Source of the DNA: Camelus dromedarius
Lineage: Eukaryota
Reading direction: 5' to 3'
Length of the DNA stretch: 64,000 bases
Assembly: GCF_036321535.1 (NCBI RefSeq)
Contig: NC_087436.1
Coordinates: 64,482,001-64,546,000 of the forward strand
Positions 12,515 through 26,439 of the stretch are shown here, piece after piece (position 1 is the first letter of the stretch; each line of letters opens with the position of its first letter). Under the pieces are notes generated by a model, which saw nothing but the letters and a program-made list of their open reading frames with translations, was not told where the DNA came from and searched no databases. A program made the position numbers and the translations under genes.

Positions 12515-14027
12515 TTGCTTTCCTTTTTTTTTTTTAAAGTATGGTTGATTTACAATATATGTTAGTTTCAGGTATACAGCAAGATGATTCAATTATATAT
12601 ATTTTTTCTCTTTTCCGTTATAGGTTATTACAAGACACTGAATATAGTTTCCTGTGCTATACAGTAAATCCTTGTTGTTTATTTGTTTTATGCAGAGTAG
12701 TGTGTATCTGTTACCATACTCCTAAACTTATCTCTTCCCCCCAACTTTTTCCCCTTTGGAAACCGTAAGTTTATTTTCTATGTCTGTGAGTCTTTCTGTT
12801 TTGTAAATAAGTTCATTTGTATTATAATTTTAGATTCCACATATAAGGGATATTACATAATACTTGTCTTCTCTGTCTAGCTTGCTCCACCCAATATGCT
12901 AATTCTTAGGTCCATCCATGTTGCTTACTGCAAATGGCAATAATTCATTCTTTTTTATGGTTAAGTAATAGTCCCTTGTATCAGCATACCACATTTTTTA
13001 CCCAGTAATCTGCTGATGGACATTTAGGTTGCTTCCATATCTTGGCTAGTGTAAATAGTGCTGCTATTGGGGTGCGTGTATCTTTTTGAATTACATTTTC
13101 TGTCTTTTCTGAATATATGCCCAGGAGTGGGATTGCTGGATTATATGGTAAGTCTATTTTTAGTTTTTTAAGGATACTTTGTACTATTTTCCATAGTGGC
13201 TATACCAGTTTACATTTCCACCAACAGTGTAGGAGGAAGAGGGTTTCCTTTTTTCCACACTTTTTTTAGCATTTATTTGTAGACTTTTTCACGATGGCCA
13301 TTCTGACTGGTGTGAAGTGATACCACATTGTAGTTTTGATTTGCATTTCTTTAATAATTAATGATGTTAAGCATTTGGGTTTTGTTTGTTTGTTTGTTTT
13401 GGTATTGAGCTGTATGAACTGTTTGTATATTTGGGAAATTAAGCTCTTGTGGATTGCATCATATACAATATTATTCTGCCAGTCTGTAGGTTGTATTTTC
13501 ATTTGTTTATGGTTTCCTTTGTTGTGCAAAAGCTTTTAAGTTTGATTAGGTCCCATTTATTTTTTTGCTTTTATTTCTATTGCCTTGATAGAGTGCCCTA
13601 GGAAAACATTGCTACGATTTATGTCAGAGAATATTTTGCCTATGTTCTCTTCAAGTTTTATGGTGTCATTTCTTATATTTAAGTCTCTAAGCCATTTTGA
13701 GTTTATTTTTGTGTATAGTGTGAGGGAGTGTTCTAACTTTACTGATTTATATGTGGCTATCCAGCTTTCCCAACACCACTTGTTGAAGAGACTATCCTTT
13801 CTCCATTGTATATTCTTGCCTCCATTGTTGAAGATTAATTGACCATAAATGTGTGGGTTTCTTTCTGGGCTTTCTGTTCTGTCCCATTGATCTATATGTC
13901 TGGTTTTGTGCCAATACCATGCTGCTTAGATTATAATAGCTTTGCCTAACGTCTGGGAGGGTTATGCTTTCAGCTTTGTTCTTTTTCTTCAGGATTGCTT
14001 TGGCAATTTGGGGTCATTTGTGGATCC
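12515..14027 (-). mobile_element. 5'-truncated LINE-1 (ORF2 3' part, 3' UTR and poly-A), cetartiodactyl-type tail
   Basis: Poly-T near 12524-12535. The reverse ORF 13266..13529 carries L1 ORF2 motifs (EMQIKTTMWYHFTPVRMAIVKKS). TSD ggagtaatttct (12503-12514) / ggagtaaattct (14028-14039) with a TT|AGAA endonuclease-type site on the minus strand. Confidence 0.92.
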
Positions 14028-16658
14028 GGAGTAAATTCTAATTGCCTCCAAAGAAATAATACATAATAACTAATACCTTTTGATGTTAGTAAATAAGGAG
14101 CAGTAGCATTTTAATTTTTTTATTGGAAAGATCATGCATTATTTTTATTTAGGACAACAGATAGGTTAAAATCCGTTAGCATTCCAGGTTTTGATTTGAT
14201 GGGCAAAGCAAATTCTTAGCTTAGTTTTTCTAAATTTTCCTTAAAGAAAAAGATGATACAATAGCCATATGTGTTTAGAGACTTGCCAAAAAATATTTCT
14301 AACATACATTAATAAAAGTATATGTGTGTAACATATATATGATACTCATTGTAATTGTGAACATAGGGAAATTATACCATTCATTTAATTTTGTTTATTT
14401 GTTTATGGGAGTTAAAATATGAGCCATCTTGCCCACTTGTCCTAGTGCCCATATTTGTTAAAAGGATGTTATTAAAGTGGCAAACACTGAGAAATAATAA
14501 AGTTCAGCTTTAGGAAACAAATTCCAAACATAAGCCAGGACATTCAGCTTTTACTCTTTTTAATTGAAAATGAAGAACCTTTCTGTTTTGCAAAGAGAGA
14601 GATTTCACCTGTATTAAATTTGTAGATATAATCTCAAGAAAAAGTATCAATTTTCATGCATGAATGCTCAGTTAGAAAGCTAGTACTTTGGCATGGTCTT
14701 ACTGCAGTTTAGATTCCGTTTTGGATACCTGTATCAAAAATGCTTGTAAGCAATACCATCTGAGGTCAAAGTAAACGTGAACATGCTTCCTCTGTTTTTT
14801 TTTTTTTTTCCTGAGCAGAAACCTATCAAATCTAGAATTTTCTTCAAATGTACTTTTAACTGAGCCTTTCTCTTATCTTATAAAATATGATATAAACTAT
14901 GGACACATTCTTCATTATCTTCAATTGACTATCTGTTGTAAAATATACATTAAAAACCTCCAATTAGCTCTTTTACAGATTATTTGAGTGATTCTTATGT
15001 TGGAATCATAATTCTAAAATTCTACCTGCTATCCTGATACATCTGGTGTAGGGGAATCAAATAGTTCCTTCACGTGCCTTTAGTGACTGGTATTGACTGA
15101 CTTTCACTGTGGAGTCCTCTCTCACAAACCACCTGTGCTGAGTTCATTATTCATTAATAGATAGGAGATATGAGGTATTTTCTTTCACTTCCATTTTGTT
15201 TCTAAACTGTCCACTGAACAATGTAAACTTTCATTTTCAAATATACAGATATTTTCCACTATTTTCTACTGAAGGAAGAAGTAGGTTCAGGTTGATAATA
15301 AGAATATACAGAGAAGCCCAGCTCCAAAAATTTCCTTAAATTAATATGTCTTAACAGGCCTAAAAATCTATTGGTTGAGACTTAGAGAAACACATCAAGC
15401 AATCAGTATGAACAACAGATTATGAGAACACAGAGCTACCGTCTGCTGCCTGCTCTTCTGCTTCCCAAACACAATCCACATTTTCTTGAAAGCCATTTGA
15501 GATTATGTAAATGCAATCATTCTTATAAATGCTGAAGATAGTAGAATCTAAAACAACAATGAAAAGCCTACACATAACAGTTTAACAAGGCAGATAAGGT
15601 GAACCTTCTGTCCTTATAATATGCTAATTAAATGCATTTGTGGCTCCAGTAAAAGCTGTGGCTATGTAGTGATGAATAAGAACTTTAAACACACATGACA
15701 CCTTGTTAAAGTGTAATTTTCACATCATATATCTGAGCCCTTTACTTTGACAGCTGAGTAATGTGAGTGCTGGGCAGAGAATCTTGAACATTTTGAAACT
15801 GTCACGTGTTTAATAGGTAGCCGAATTTGCTTCCTGAACGTTTTAGTTAAGTATGGTGCACCCTAGTCACAAAATAAATCCTGAAAGTAGTGGGATCTTA
15901 AATCAAACTTGTCCTCAGCCTTTGGGTTATGATTGCTTCACAGTTCCACTTGAGATGCCACATTATCTCTAAAGCTTAATTTACTTCTATCTTAGTAGCT
16001 GAGTGAACTTTACAAAAAGAAAAAATAGCTACTTGTTGCAAATTTCATCTAGGTCTGTATTTTTGTGCATCAGCTCTGCCTGTCTGCAGAGGCGCCCCCC
16101 TCTTTTTCTCTCTAGTGCTTCTTCATTGCCTGTAGTGACAGCTGCTGCCTGAAGGGCACTGTTGCTGGTGATTTTTCAGAGGGCACAGCCAAAACTTGGA
16201 AAATCTGCAGTAGCTATTCCATTGCCACTTAACATCAGCTGAATTCTCTGATGTTTGTTTTTATATTTCTTGTGTTTTTCTTCTTCATAATTGAAGGCTA
16301 AACATTTCCAGAATGGCACCTTCTGTTTTTCAGGGTTTGAATATCAAAATCACAGTCCTGTACAAGACAAAGCTGAACCTGGCGTTTTACAGTGAGCCCA
16401 GTGTTAGCCATTCATCCAACATCTCTAGGTGTCCTTCCTTACAAAGTAAACAAACTGCAAGGGATAAAAAGGTTCACTGCTACTGATTTATTCATTTTTG
16501 TTACAGAGTGATGTCCCAGATAAATTTACAATTATTAGAACAGTAATCAAAATTATTTCTACTTGTAGCTCACAGTCAAAAGATGACTTACTTGTGAATA
16601 AGCTTCCCACTTCCACCAGCTGTCCTTTCTGTAGCCACTTCACTGCTCATTAGCACAT

Positions 16659-16672
16659 CCACCAGAGGGCAG
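16659..16672 (+). promoter_or_regulatory. candidate CTCF binding site
   Basis: CCACCAGAGGGCAG matches the CTCF core consensus CCASYAGRKGGCRS. Motif only, no binding evidence. Confidence 0.5.
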
Positions 16673-19424
16673 GCAGGTGGAACTGAAATAGTTGAGCTGC
16701 TCATTATTAGCACATCTTGTCGGGGTTGGCGATACTGATTCAAATGAGATTTCTGGTTATCAAGGGGTTGCACTTTAGAATATGCTGCTTCTACCCGTAT
16801 TGGCACAGATAAGTGAGAATTGACTTCATTATATAGCAAAGTCGGACATTTGCTTTATTTCTCTGTTAAAATTTTAGGCAGTGTTCAAATTCCTTAGAAT
16901 AAAGTTGACAAGCAAAAGTATGAATTTAAGCACAAGGGTATTTCCCTCTTAGTAACTACTTTTCTGTCAGAAAGCCAAATTCTCAGATAATAATGATGAA
17001 TGACCAAAAATTTAAGATACCTGAATGACAGGTAAAATCTACCATGCTGCATAATTTTAGAGGATGAGACGTGTTGTCAGATTTCCCTGAAAACAAGTGA
17101 AGAAATACCCTTTTTTGTTTACCAAATAAGCATTCTGCCTGTTTCTCTTCATGCCTTTCAATAGTACAAATTCATGGCCAAACTCTGTGCATCCACTTAC
17201 CCCAGTGAAGATACAAATTAAAATTACCCAGCACTTTCTCTCTGAAGTGTCATGTGACTGAAATATTTAGCCTTAACATTTGGATTTTAGATTTAACATT
17301 TGGATTAAATTAATGTTAGAAAAAACAATTCTACAAAAAAGATACAAATGAAAGTAAAGAGGTATTTATGGGTTGTATGACAGAATTATATCTTATGCTT
17401 AAAGTATAGAAATTTATTTACAATCACTTAGTCCCAAAGCATTCCTACTTGCCCATCAGGTAATACCTAAAAACAATGAATTCCACAAGCCTAATCAGAT
17501 TTACACATAGACCATGGTTATTAAGATAATCAGGTTTTGTACTTTTACACTTAATCCTAAATTGCTAAATTGAAAAAGATTTCTATATCGCTGTTACATG
17601 CACAATAGTCTCTACTATTTCCCAAAACTGCTATACAATGAAACACAGGTTGTGAATGTTAAAATGATAAATGCAGTAACTCTTATGATAATTTTTAAAT
17701 AAGAAATGCCTTTGAAGATACTTTTGCCTTTGATAAAAAAAGCACTTTATTTAGAAACACTTAATTCAATAATAATAACTTTTTTAATTTTTAAAACTAA
17801 CTTTTCAATATCTATGATAGTTTTGCTGTATAACAGACACATTTACATTTTAAGCAACAAAATTAGGCTTTTATATTTTGTAGAGAAGCCCACTGAGAGA
17901 AATAGTAGTAATGGTTAGTGGAGAGGAAGCTTAAAGGTAGAATTAGAAATATTAAAAAATGTCAAGATGAATAGTGAAATTCAGGCACAAAATCAGACAT
18001 GCTGTAGAAAGCAGAAGCAAGGAGCCAAACTGGGCTTAAGTCAGAAGTCCAATGACTGAGAGATTCTTAACTTCCTCTTTCCCTCTGCTTCCTCCCTCCC
18101 TTTCTTCCTTTCATTACTCAGGACACAAGTCTTTGGGTAGCTGAGGCCAAGCACTGTGCTGTGCTCTGTAGTTACAACTATGGACAGGGCAGGCACTATT
18201 TATAGAATAGTGAAAAACCGGTAAGAAGAAACAGAAAGAGGAAAGAAGGGGGGCTGTCAAAAAATGGTAGCACTTATTAGCTACTGTTTATTGAATGTTT
18301 TCTTTTCTGGTCTTTTACATCAATTATCAAATTTAATCATAACAAAAATCATGCAAAGAATGCATTATCCTCATTTCCAGATAAAGAAATTTAGGATCAG
18401 AGAAGGAAAGTAACTCAAATGTCACATACATAGTCCAGAGTTACAGGTAGAATCTTCGTCTCTGACTTTCTGCTATCTCATATTGCCTCCATCAGTAATT
18501 AAAAGGAATACAGGTGCCATAGCTAAGGAGCTCAGGGAAATCAGGAAGGCAATGTGCATGTACTAGAATGTAAGTAAAGCCGTTAAAACGAAGTAGCAAA
18601 TACAAGGCAGCAAGACCACATCAACCTTCCATTAGAGTAAGGACAAGCAAGCAGCTTCTGGTATTAAAAAGCACCTGCCATCCCTCTCAAATTGCACTAG
18701 GTTTCATATACATGCCTTAAACCTTAAAAAATACTATGACGTACAGATGTGGAAACTAAGACTCTGAAATATTAAGTCATCTGCCCAGAGAAACCCAGTT
18801 TATAAATGTAGATGTGAGCTTCAAAGAAGCCCAGGTTTATTTGATTATTCATGAAGCTGAAACACTGTTTATAATGGAAAAAATTATAATACACACAGAC
18901 ATACAATAGAATGTGATATAATGGTGCATGGATTTTATGTGGAGTATGTGTGTATGTGTGTGTGTGTTTTCTTAGAAATACTTGAATAAACAGATACAAT
19001 TATTGGAGGACTTGAAGGCTTAGAAACTTGCAGAAATCCTCAGCAATTTGAAAGACTTTAGAGATTTGGAGACAGGATTTTTTTATTAGATTTAATTCTA
19101 CTTAACTTGTATTATTTCCATTTTCTTAATCCAGATGTTTTGGATAGTTTTATGGTAACTATCTATGAGCAAGATTAGCAAAATGGTGAAAATGTAAAAT
19201 GAATAAAGAAAAGAAAGGAGTTAGTGAGGTGAGAAATGAGAGAAATAATATTTTTTCCTAAAAATAAATGGACAAAAAATGAATGAGTTCTTTTTCTTCA
19301 AAGGGAAGGTGATGAAAGAACGTGCATTTAAAAATGTTACGTTATTTTCCAAGATTGATTTAAAGAATTACCACTGAGGTATCAAGTGATTAAAGATAAA
19401 ATTAAGGACAAAGTGTGGAATACT

Positions 19425-19630
19425 TAATACCTTGCTGGTTGGAATGCAAATTATTGTCAGCCACTTTTGAGAGCAGCTTGGCAATATCTAGTAGATCCTA
19501 TGTCTAGACGATTGGCATACCTTTTATACTAGTAAATCCACTTCTAGGTTTTCTTGCTGGAGAAACTTTCTTAACTTAAATTCATAGAGACTTGTAAAAG
19601 GGTGTTCACTATAGCAATGTTTACAGTAAT
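19425..19630 (+). mobile_element. old L1 (L1M/L1ME) ORF2 3' fragment
   Basis: tgctggttggaatgcaaat...cagccacttttgagagcagcttggcaatatct...aatccacttctagg resembles the L1 ORF2 C-terminal region. Confidence 0.6.
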
Positions 19631-22289
19631 GTGTAAGAGGAGTGGACTGAACTGTCCCTCAGGAGGTAGAAGGATACGGGATGGGGTAGGGAAGAAAGAC
19701 AGAGCAAGGTCTGTGTGCTGTTGCCCAGGTGACTAATAATATTAGCAGCTGAAATAGGAGATATGAATGTGACAGCTATTTGCACTGGCACCAGAGTTTT
19801 AAAGTCCTGGTCAGTGCTGAAGGTAGAGGGAAACATTATGTGATCACTCAGCCCTTAGAAAGAAATACACCAAGTCAAGTACTGGTGCCCATGAAATGGT
19901 AAGTGAGAAAAGATCTCATACAGGAATTTGTCCTTTCTAGTAATATTACTTCATTTGGCCTCAAGCTGACTATAACAACTCAAAGAAGCCAGGATGACAA
20001 TTTCCCAAAGCACTAACAATCTTTAACTCCTATAACTTTCTATGAAATCATTACATGGTTAGAAGAAGCCCTCTTTTGTCCTTAAAGGAAAATTTTAGTC
20101 TGAAATTTTCATCGAGTATAACCTGTAATAGTAACAATCGTGTGGTTCAGCTATGTACATATTAAACAATTCTTGAGAACCTCACTGAACTTTCACTGAA
20201 TGTTCCCAAGGATAAATAGATTGACCTGCCATATATTCTGGATTCCTATGGCAGCTTTTAGTATAACGATAATTTTTAAGCTTTCAGGACCATGGCAAGG
20301 AACTTCAGGGAATAAACAGGCTTCTGAGTTGGCTGATCATATTCCAGAATTAAGGATTTACAATACCATGCAACAGGTTCGAGTGCCCAGTTTTTGCAAG
20401 TGTGGAAAAGCTAAAATTTTCTAAACCTAACAGTGAACAAGAAGGCTTATACATGAATGAAGTGAAGGTTTTAGTTCCGTGAGTTACAACTGAAAAAAAT
20501 AAATCAATCAGAAGAGATATGTGCCATAAAAGCATTGAATTTCAGAATATCACATAAGGAATATAAAAATAATTGTCTAGTGAGTTGAATTGTATATTGG
20601 GGTTAGAGTCTGTAAAGTCATCTCTTAAAGTAAAAATTAAATATAATCAACTTACTTTGAAACTCCTTTAGGTTTATAAAATACAATGAGTTTTTTAAAG
20701 TGTATCCCTATAGAGTACAGAGATAGCATTATGTATTATTGTACAGTGTGTATTGTACATAATAAAAAGAACCTTTACAAAGTATAATTTTACAATATTC
20801 AATTATATAACAGAACTACTTGAATTCATGTAAATCGAATGTAATATCTGTGATACAACTCTGTATTAAAAAAGGAGAATTCTGTAGTTATTTGTCTAGA
20901 TAAATTCTTTCCATGAGAACTTTTCCCCCAAACAACACACGTATTCTTCTTGAATATATTGATTTTTACTTTCCATTAAACTTGTACATACTACAATTAT
21001 TAGATCACTTATTAAGTACCTCTGCAGTACAATTAAAGTAGTTCTGTGGTATAAGAATGTTTAATAATATGAGAAATATTCATTACATGTTGCTTTTTTT
21101 TTAAAAAAGCAGGTTTAAATAATTTAGAATTTAAGTCGTTATACATTTTCTCTACTCTTGTTTATGTTTGAAAATTTTTATAAAAACCTTTCAAAAAATG
21201 ACTTACGTAGAATAGGCCTATTTATTATACCTAGTACATATTTTAACAAGCATAGGATCCAAGTTTTAGTGGTAGTTAATTTCTTAATGGTTCAGATTTG
21301 AGCTTTTCTGGGTTTTCCCAGATTTCTTTAGTGAATATGTTCAGTCTTTGAAATGGTGAAATAAAGTTCTGAAAATTATGCTACTATTCCAACATGACTA
21401 GAGTACTGATCACCTGTTTAGAATCCTGTGATGAAATGTATAAAGGCCTTCTAATTGTGTTCAGCAGTTATCCAACTCCCTAATTACCACCTCCTTGTGA
21501 TCAGGACACAGAAATAAGAATGTGCCAAAGTCTTATTGAGAGAATGAAACTGTAAGAAGAGCCTTACTGTTTCTAGCTATTTTAACTTTGCTAAGGAAGA
21601 AAATTTGCTGTTCTTTAAAGGTATTGCATATTCGTAGAAAATTTGCTTCTATCCTTTGATTACAAAGCTATTGTATTGTTTGCTTTAGTGTTGCTTTCTG
21701 TTGATTTTGAGTTTTAAACACTTCAAACATCAGTTTTCACCAGTTTTTTGTAAGGATAAAAATTGAAAAGGGAAAAACATAAAAAGAAAACGATGACTTT
21801 AAATATGCTGGCATTTAATTTGAATGAAGGGAGAGTTATCCATTCTAATCAGAGAGGAAATTTAAATACTTCACTTTTAGCTTTGACAGTAAAAGAGGTA
21901 AATTTGCCCATCTGAAATATTCAATATTTTTTTATTCAACTCTGCATTTTTATGGTCATGCTTATATTTCCTAGAAAGGAGTAGGTATGGTTATTTAAAC
22001 ATTGAATATTAGCCATTAAAATAAGATATCTAATGAATACTTTTGATGAGAGAGAAGTTCTAATGGTCGTTATCCTGGTGTAATGGTATTAAAAACCATT
22101 CATAGAGAAAGTATTTGAGTATTTTGCTGCAATTTTATGTAATTACTTTAGGAGGCAAATAATTTTGTTCTAGCGATCAGTGGGTTTAAGTACTTTGGTG
22201 AATTAAAAGCTTCTTTTTATATTTCTTTGTATGGCAAACCTTAAGTATGTGCAAATAGGTTACAGGCAAGTGATTCCTAAGCTACATAG

Positions 22290-22430
22290 GATAATGGACC
22301 TCAAAGTGTAGTCCAACAGGAACTTGTTACAAATGCAAATTCTCATGTCCCACCTCAGATTAAATCAGAAACTGGGGGTGAATCTCAGTAATCTATTTTT
22401 AATAGGCTGCTAAATTTGGGAATTATTATG
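22290..22430. mobile_element. MER5A-like hAT-Charlie fragment
   Basis: ctcaaagtgtagtcc...ggaacttgttacaaatgcaaattctcatgtcccacctcaga...aatcagaaactgggggtg. Confidence 0.65.
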
Positions 22431-25400
22431 AAGGCCATAACCCCTAGGTTATGTATACGAGGCTAGTTAGTATACACTACAGAATGTAATAGCAGCATTA
22501 AGCTACTTTTTTGCACTCTGCATTTCTGTGATATTTATTGATTGCCTTTGTTTCCCAATCCCTTAGCTAATGTCTACTACACAGAGGTTTTATAAATCAC
22601 TGAGGGGAGCATGTTAAAATGAAGGTTTTCTGTCTCTTTCAAATCACAGCCCTAAGATGTTGATTCAGTATATGAAGTTGAGGCCATTATATTTAAAATA
22701 TATTAAATATTAAAAATATTTGTTAAATAATAGAAAGTTAATACATTCAGAATATTTTAGAAAACAGGTGATTCTTGGTTTGGAAAAAATCACTGTAGAT
22801 TTTCAGACATTTAAATAAGATTATATCTTAGCATGAATATTGTCTTAATGCTTTAAGAATCTGTGGAGCCATACAACTATCTCCCTCCTCTCTGGGCTAA
22901 GGCTGTTCTGGCAGTGAATGCATCACTTTGTTTCATTAAATGACCCTGTTTTGTGTCCTCATAGAATTACTACCTGTGTGGTTGACAGAAAAGAACAGGA
23001 GCCTGATACAGGATGGACATATCCCCTCTCAGGGTGGTCCTGGCATGCAAGGTGTCGTTCATCTCCTTGAATAGCTGGAATAAATTAACACAGTGAGAAG
23101 AGCAAGGAGACGCTAGACAATCATGCAGTGTCTCACAACGGCTCATGGTCTCTTCATGTGTTGAGAAACAAACAAAAAAGGTGGAAAATGGGCAGGAAAA
23201 CAAATTAGAACTTTCACTGTAATTGAAGGAATGTAGTCACCAGCAGAATCCCATGCTCACCATGAACCACCTCATACTTCCCTGCTTATAATTTAAGGCT
23301 AAGATATGTTTCATATTCAAAAGTGGGGGTAGGAAGAATTCTGAATTTTTAATATATGTGCATAATTTTCCAAGTATACTAGCATATAGTCTGCAATATG
23401 TGTTAGTTCCTTCTTCTGTCCATTCCTGCTGACTTTCCTAAACAAGGACAGATGACGAGCTGTTTTGAAATGCTGTTTTGCTGCCTGAGTCCAATCATTC
23501 TTTCCGAGTGTGTTCATTTGTTCTGGCTACTCAAGGCCAGCGTGAATGGCACTCAGCTCTGCCAGCTGAGATCTGAGTGGATGCAAAAAACATGCCCATC
23601 CTCAATCAGGCTGATGTGTAACCTTTGTTTGGTCCGGCCCCCTGCTGCTCTCACTATCCTCTTTTAAGACAAACATCTGGTGGCTTTGACCTAATAAGAA
23701 TGTAAAATTTAAAAGCACGTTTTTCAAATGAGAATCTGCTGAATTAAATATGCAGATATACTTAAAGGGAACTCAAAAAATTTATATCATTTTGATTTCT
23801 AAATTAAAATTTTGCATGAAAGTGCTGACTCACTTAATGAAATAACTATTTTTAAGAGAAACTTTTCTTTATGTTAAGTTCTCCCTTCACCTTTTTAAAA
23901 AATATGTCATTAGAGTTATCCCTAGAAATATTTGGCTTAGTGATTAGGGTAAGTAGTACTTGTTTGTTCTAAAGATCTTTTGTTCTGTTTCCTCTAATTC
24001 TTTTAGTTTTATACTACACCATCTCTTCCCCCAATTTTGAGCAAAAAATGCAGTTATTCATTTTGCTGCATGAAGTTTTATTTATTTATTTACACTGTCC
24101 TTTGTTCCAATTAGGATGTAAGGCAATTCTCCTATTATTTCTGTTTAAAATATGAAATAGTAAAAGCAATAAAATAATATGAAGCCTCACTCAAGCCTTG
24201 GGAGTTTTTTGCATTTCTAAACTGTAGGAAAATGGAAAAATCTAAAAGATGGGAAATCTGAAAGTCTTGTTTCACTAATAGCCATCATAATTACCTATTT
24301 TAGATTCTAGGTATATTCTCTTTGAGATAATTCAGAGGCCTTTTAGTTTTCCTTAATTATTTTATATAATAAGGCTAAAAAATTTACATAATTTGTTCTG
24401 TTAACAAATACTTATTGAATTCTTTATTTTGTGTCTAGCTCTGTACTCAAGATCTTAAATTAATTAGAATGAATAAGTGATGGAATTGAGCCTTTTAAAT
24501 TCCAAAGCAATTCATTTTAGTGTTAAAGTGGACTGATTATACTGCTTGAAATGGAATGAGTAGGACATAGTTATCATTTGGCAGAGTATCGATGGGCACT
24601 ATAGATAGAGATGCGATGCTGGCTGCATCCTAAATATGTGAGCTCCCTGCTATTTTGACATGCTTTGCTTATACTAGTTTCCTTTCTTCCATTAACGAGG
24701 AGGAATAATATTCACTAATTCAGTGTGTAGCACTTGGCCATTATTTGCTGAGCTGTATAAACAATGAGCAGCTGTGTCATTGTTTATATTACATGATTTT
24801 GTTTATTCATTTAAAAATTTTATGACAGTAGTGTAGCTTAGCAGCATGCTTATGGTAATGAAGAAGTTAATTACAAATATTGAGCAAGACTTCAAGAGAT
24901 GACTTTTAATAAGTAGTACTGAAAATATTACAGTAGTCATCCACAGATAAACATAATAAGCCTCAGACAAATGAGGAAAATGGTCAGATTACCAAAAAAA
25001 TCACATTAGAATCTTTTAGCTTTCAGTTTAAAAAGAATAGTGCAGATGAACACATACTCATTCACATACCATAATTTCCCTGTTTTGTTTTGTTTTGGTT
25101 TTTTTCCTTAAAAGAAAACTACAGCATGGGTAGAAGACGGAAGATTACTTTAACAGAAAATAAGCAATCATCTTGTAATAATAAATTCACTCTCCTAGAA
25201 GAAGACTCTGCCAGTAAAAGAGTCAGACAGCTTACCAAGAATCCTGGAATTATATGAGCTTTCTAGTCCAGAAATATTGATAGACATAGTCTGAGTGTGT
25301 TAGTCTACTTTGTTTTAGAGCCAAACAAGTCTTAATTCAAGCACTAGGAAATCCATAATTGGAAAGAATCCTGCAGTCACTGCTGATATTTTTCTCTAAT

Positions 25401-26352
25401 TATAAATGACTTTGTTACATCATAAGCCCACTTAAAAACTCTTAATTTTTGATAAGAAAAGTATTATCAGGATCCATTTACTAGACCTGATGTAAGAAAT
25501 TCACTTCTTAGTGAGTGCATTGGAATGTCATGTAGTATTTGATAAAGTGATATAAAAACACTGATATTGGAGTATTTTAATATAGTATAAATTTTGCCTC
25601 AGGGTTAAACAGAGGTTAAACTTACATTTCTTGACATTACCAACTTAGTGGACACTATGACTCATTTCAGGAATTCATTATGATTGTGGCTGTTGACGTT
25701 CCTTTACTTTATTCTTTTGTCATGCCACCATCAGCACTGTCTCCATATCTGGGCCAAGTCGACTGGTTAAGTATATATTCAATTTCCATAGACCTGAAGA
25801 GGTTACTTTTAATGAGGAAAAGGGATTTTTTTTCTTTTTTATAAATGTCAGATATATGAGTCTCATATGAATGGGAAGTGCCAAAAGTTATTAAAGCCAA
25901 GAGAAGTTGGATTGGTGATAGGAGATATTTTGAAAAGAGATAGTTCCAGGAAATTGTACATAAAGCCTCTCAATGAAGGTATTCTGTTGGATGAGTGATG
26001 ACCACACTCAACGTATTGGATTTTATTTATTCAATATTCAGTGAAAATTTATTACGTGCAAAATACTTTACCGAATGCTGTGGGAGATAAAGAGCCTTGG
26101 CTCCATAGATAAGAAACTTATAATTTAGTTAGGGAGGCAACACACTTGAACAAAGTTGATTCATGCCAAGTAACCAAATTGTTTAATTTTTAACAAAACT
26201 TAACAAATTAATAATAAAACATCTCAGTAAATAAAACAATTAATCTTACAAAAGTCATATTCAGCCTGGAGTTAGTTTTATGTAAATGAGGTATTTAGGA
26301 TGATTTCATATGACACTCTTAAAAGAAGATGATGAAATGTGGATTGGATTAG

Positions 26353-26434
26353 ATTAGGTTAAATTATATAGAATTACCAATGTTTGACAGTTTTGATTTA
26401 CAAAAATACCAATTTCACATGACTTGATTTAATA
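26353..26434. mobile_element. MADE2 mariner MITE (~80 bp)
   Basis: attaggttaaattatatagaattaccaatgtttgacagttttgatttacaaaaataccaatttcacatgacttgatttaata aligns by eye with the palindromic MADE2 consensus. Confidence 0.7.
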
Positions 26435-26439
26435 TGATG

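Noticed and set aside
13266..13842. ORFs within the L1
   Set aside because: Broken ORF2 remnants or antisense frames of a truncated element.
16437..16454. ccttacaaagtaaacaaa resembling the spliced PYKVEQK junction (possible duplicate exon or retrocopy)
   Set aside because: A short, gapped, A-rich match with no further homology. Chance is sufficient.
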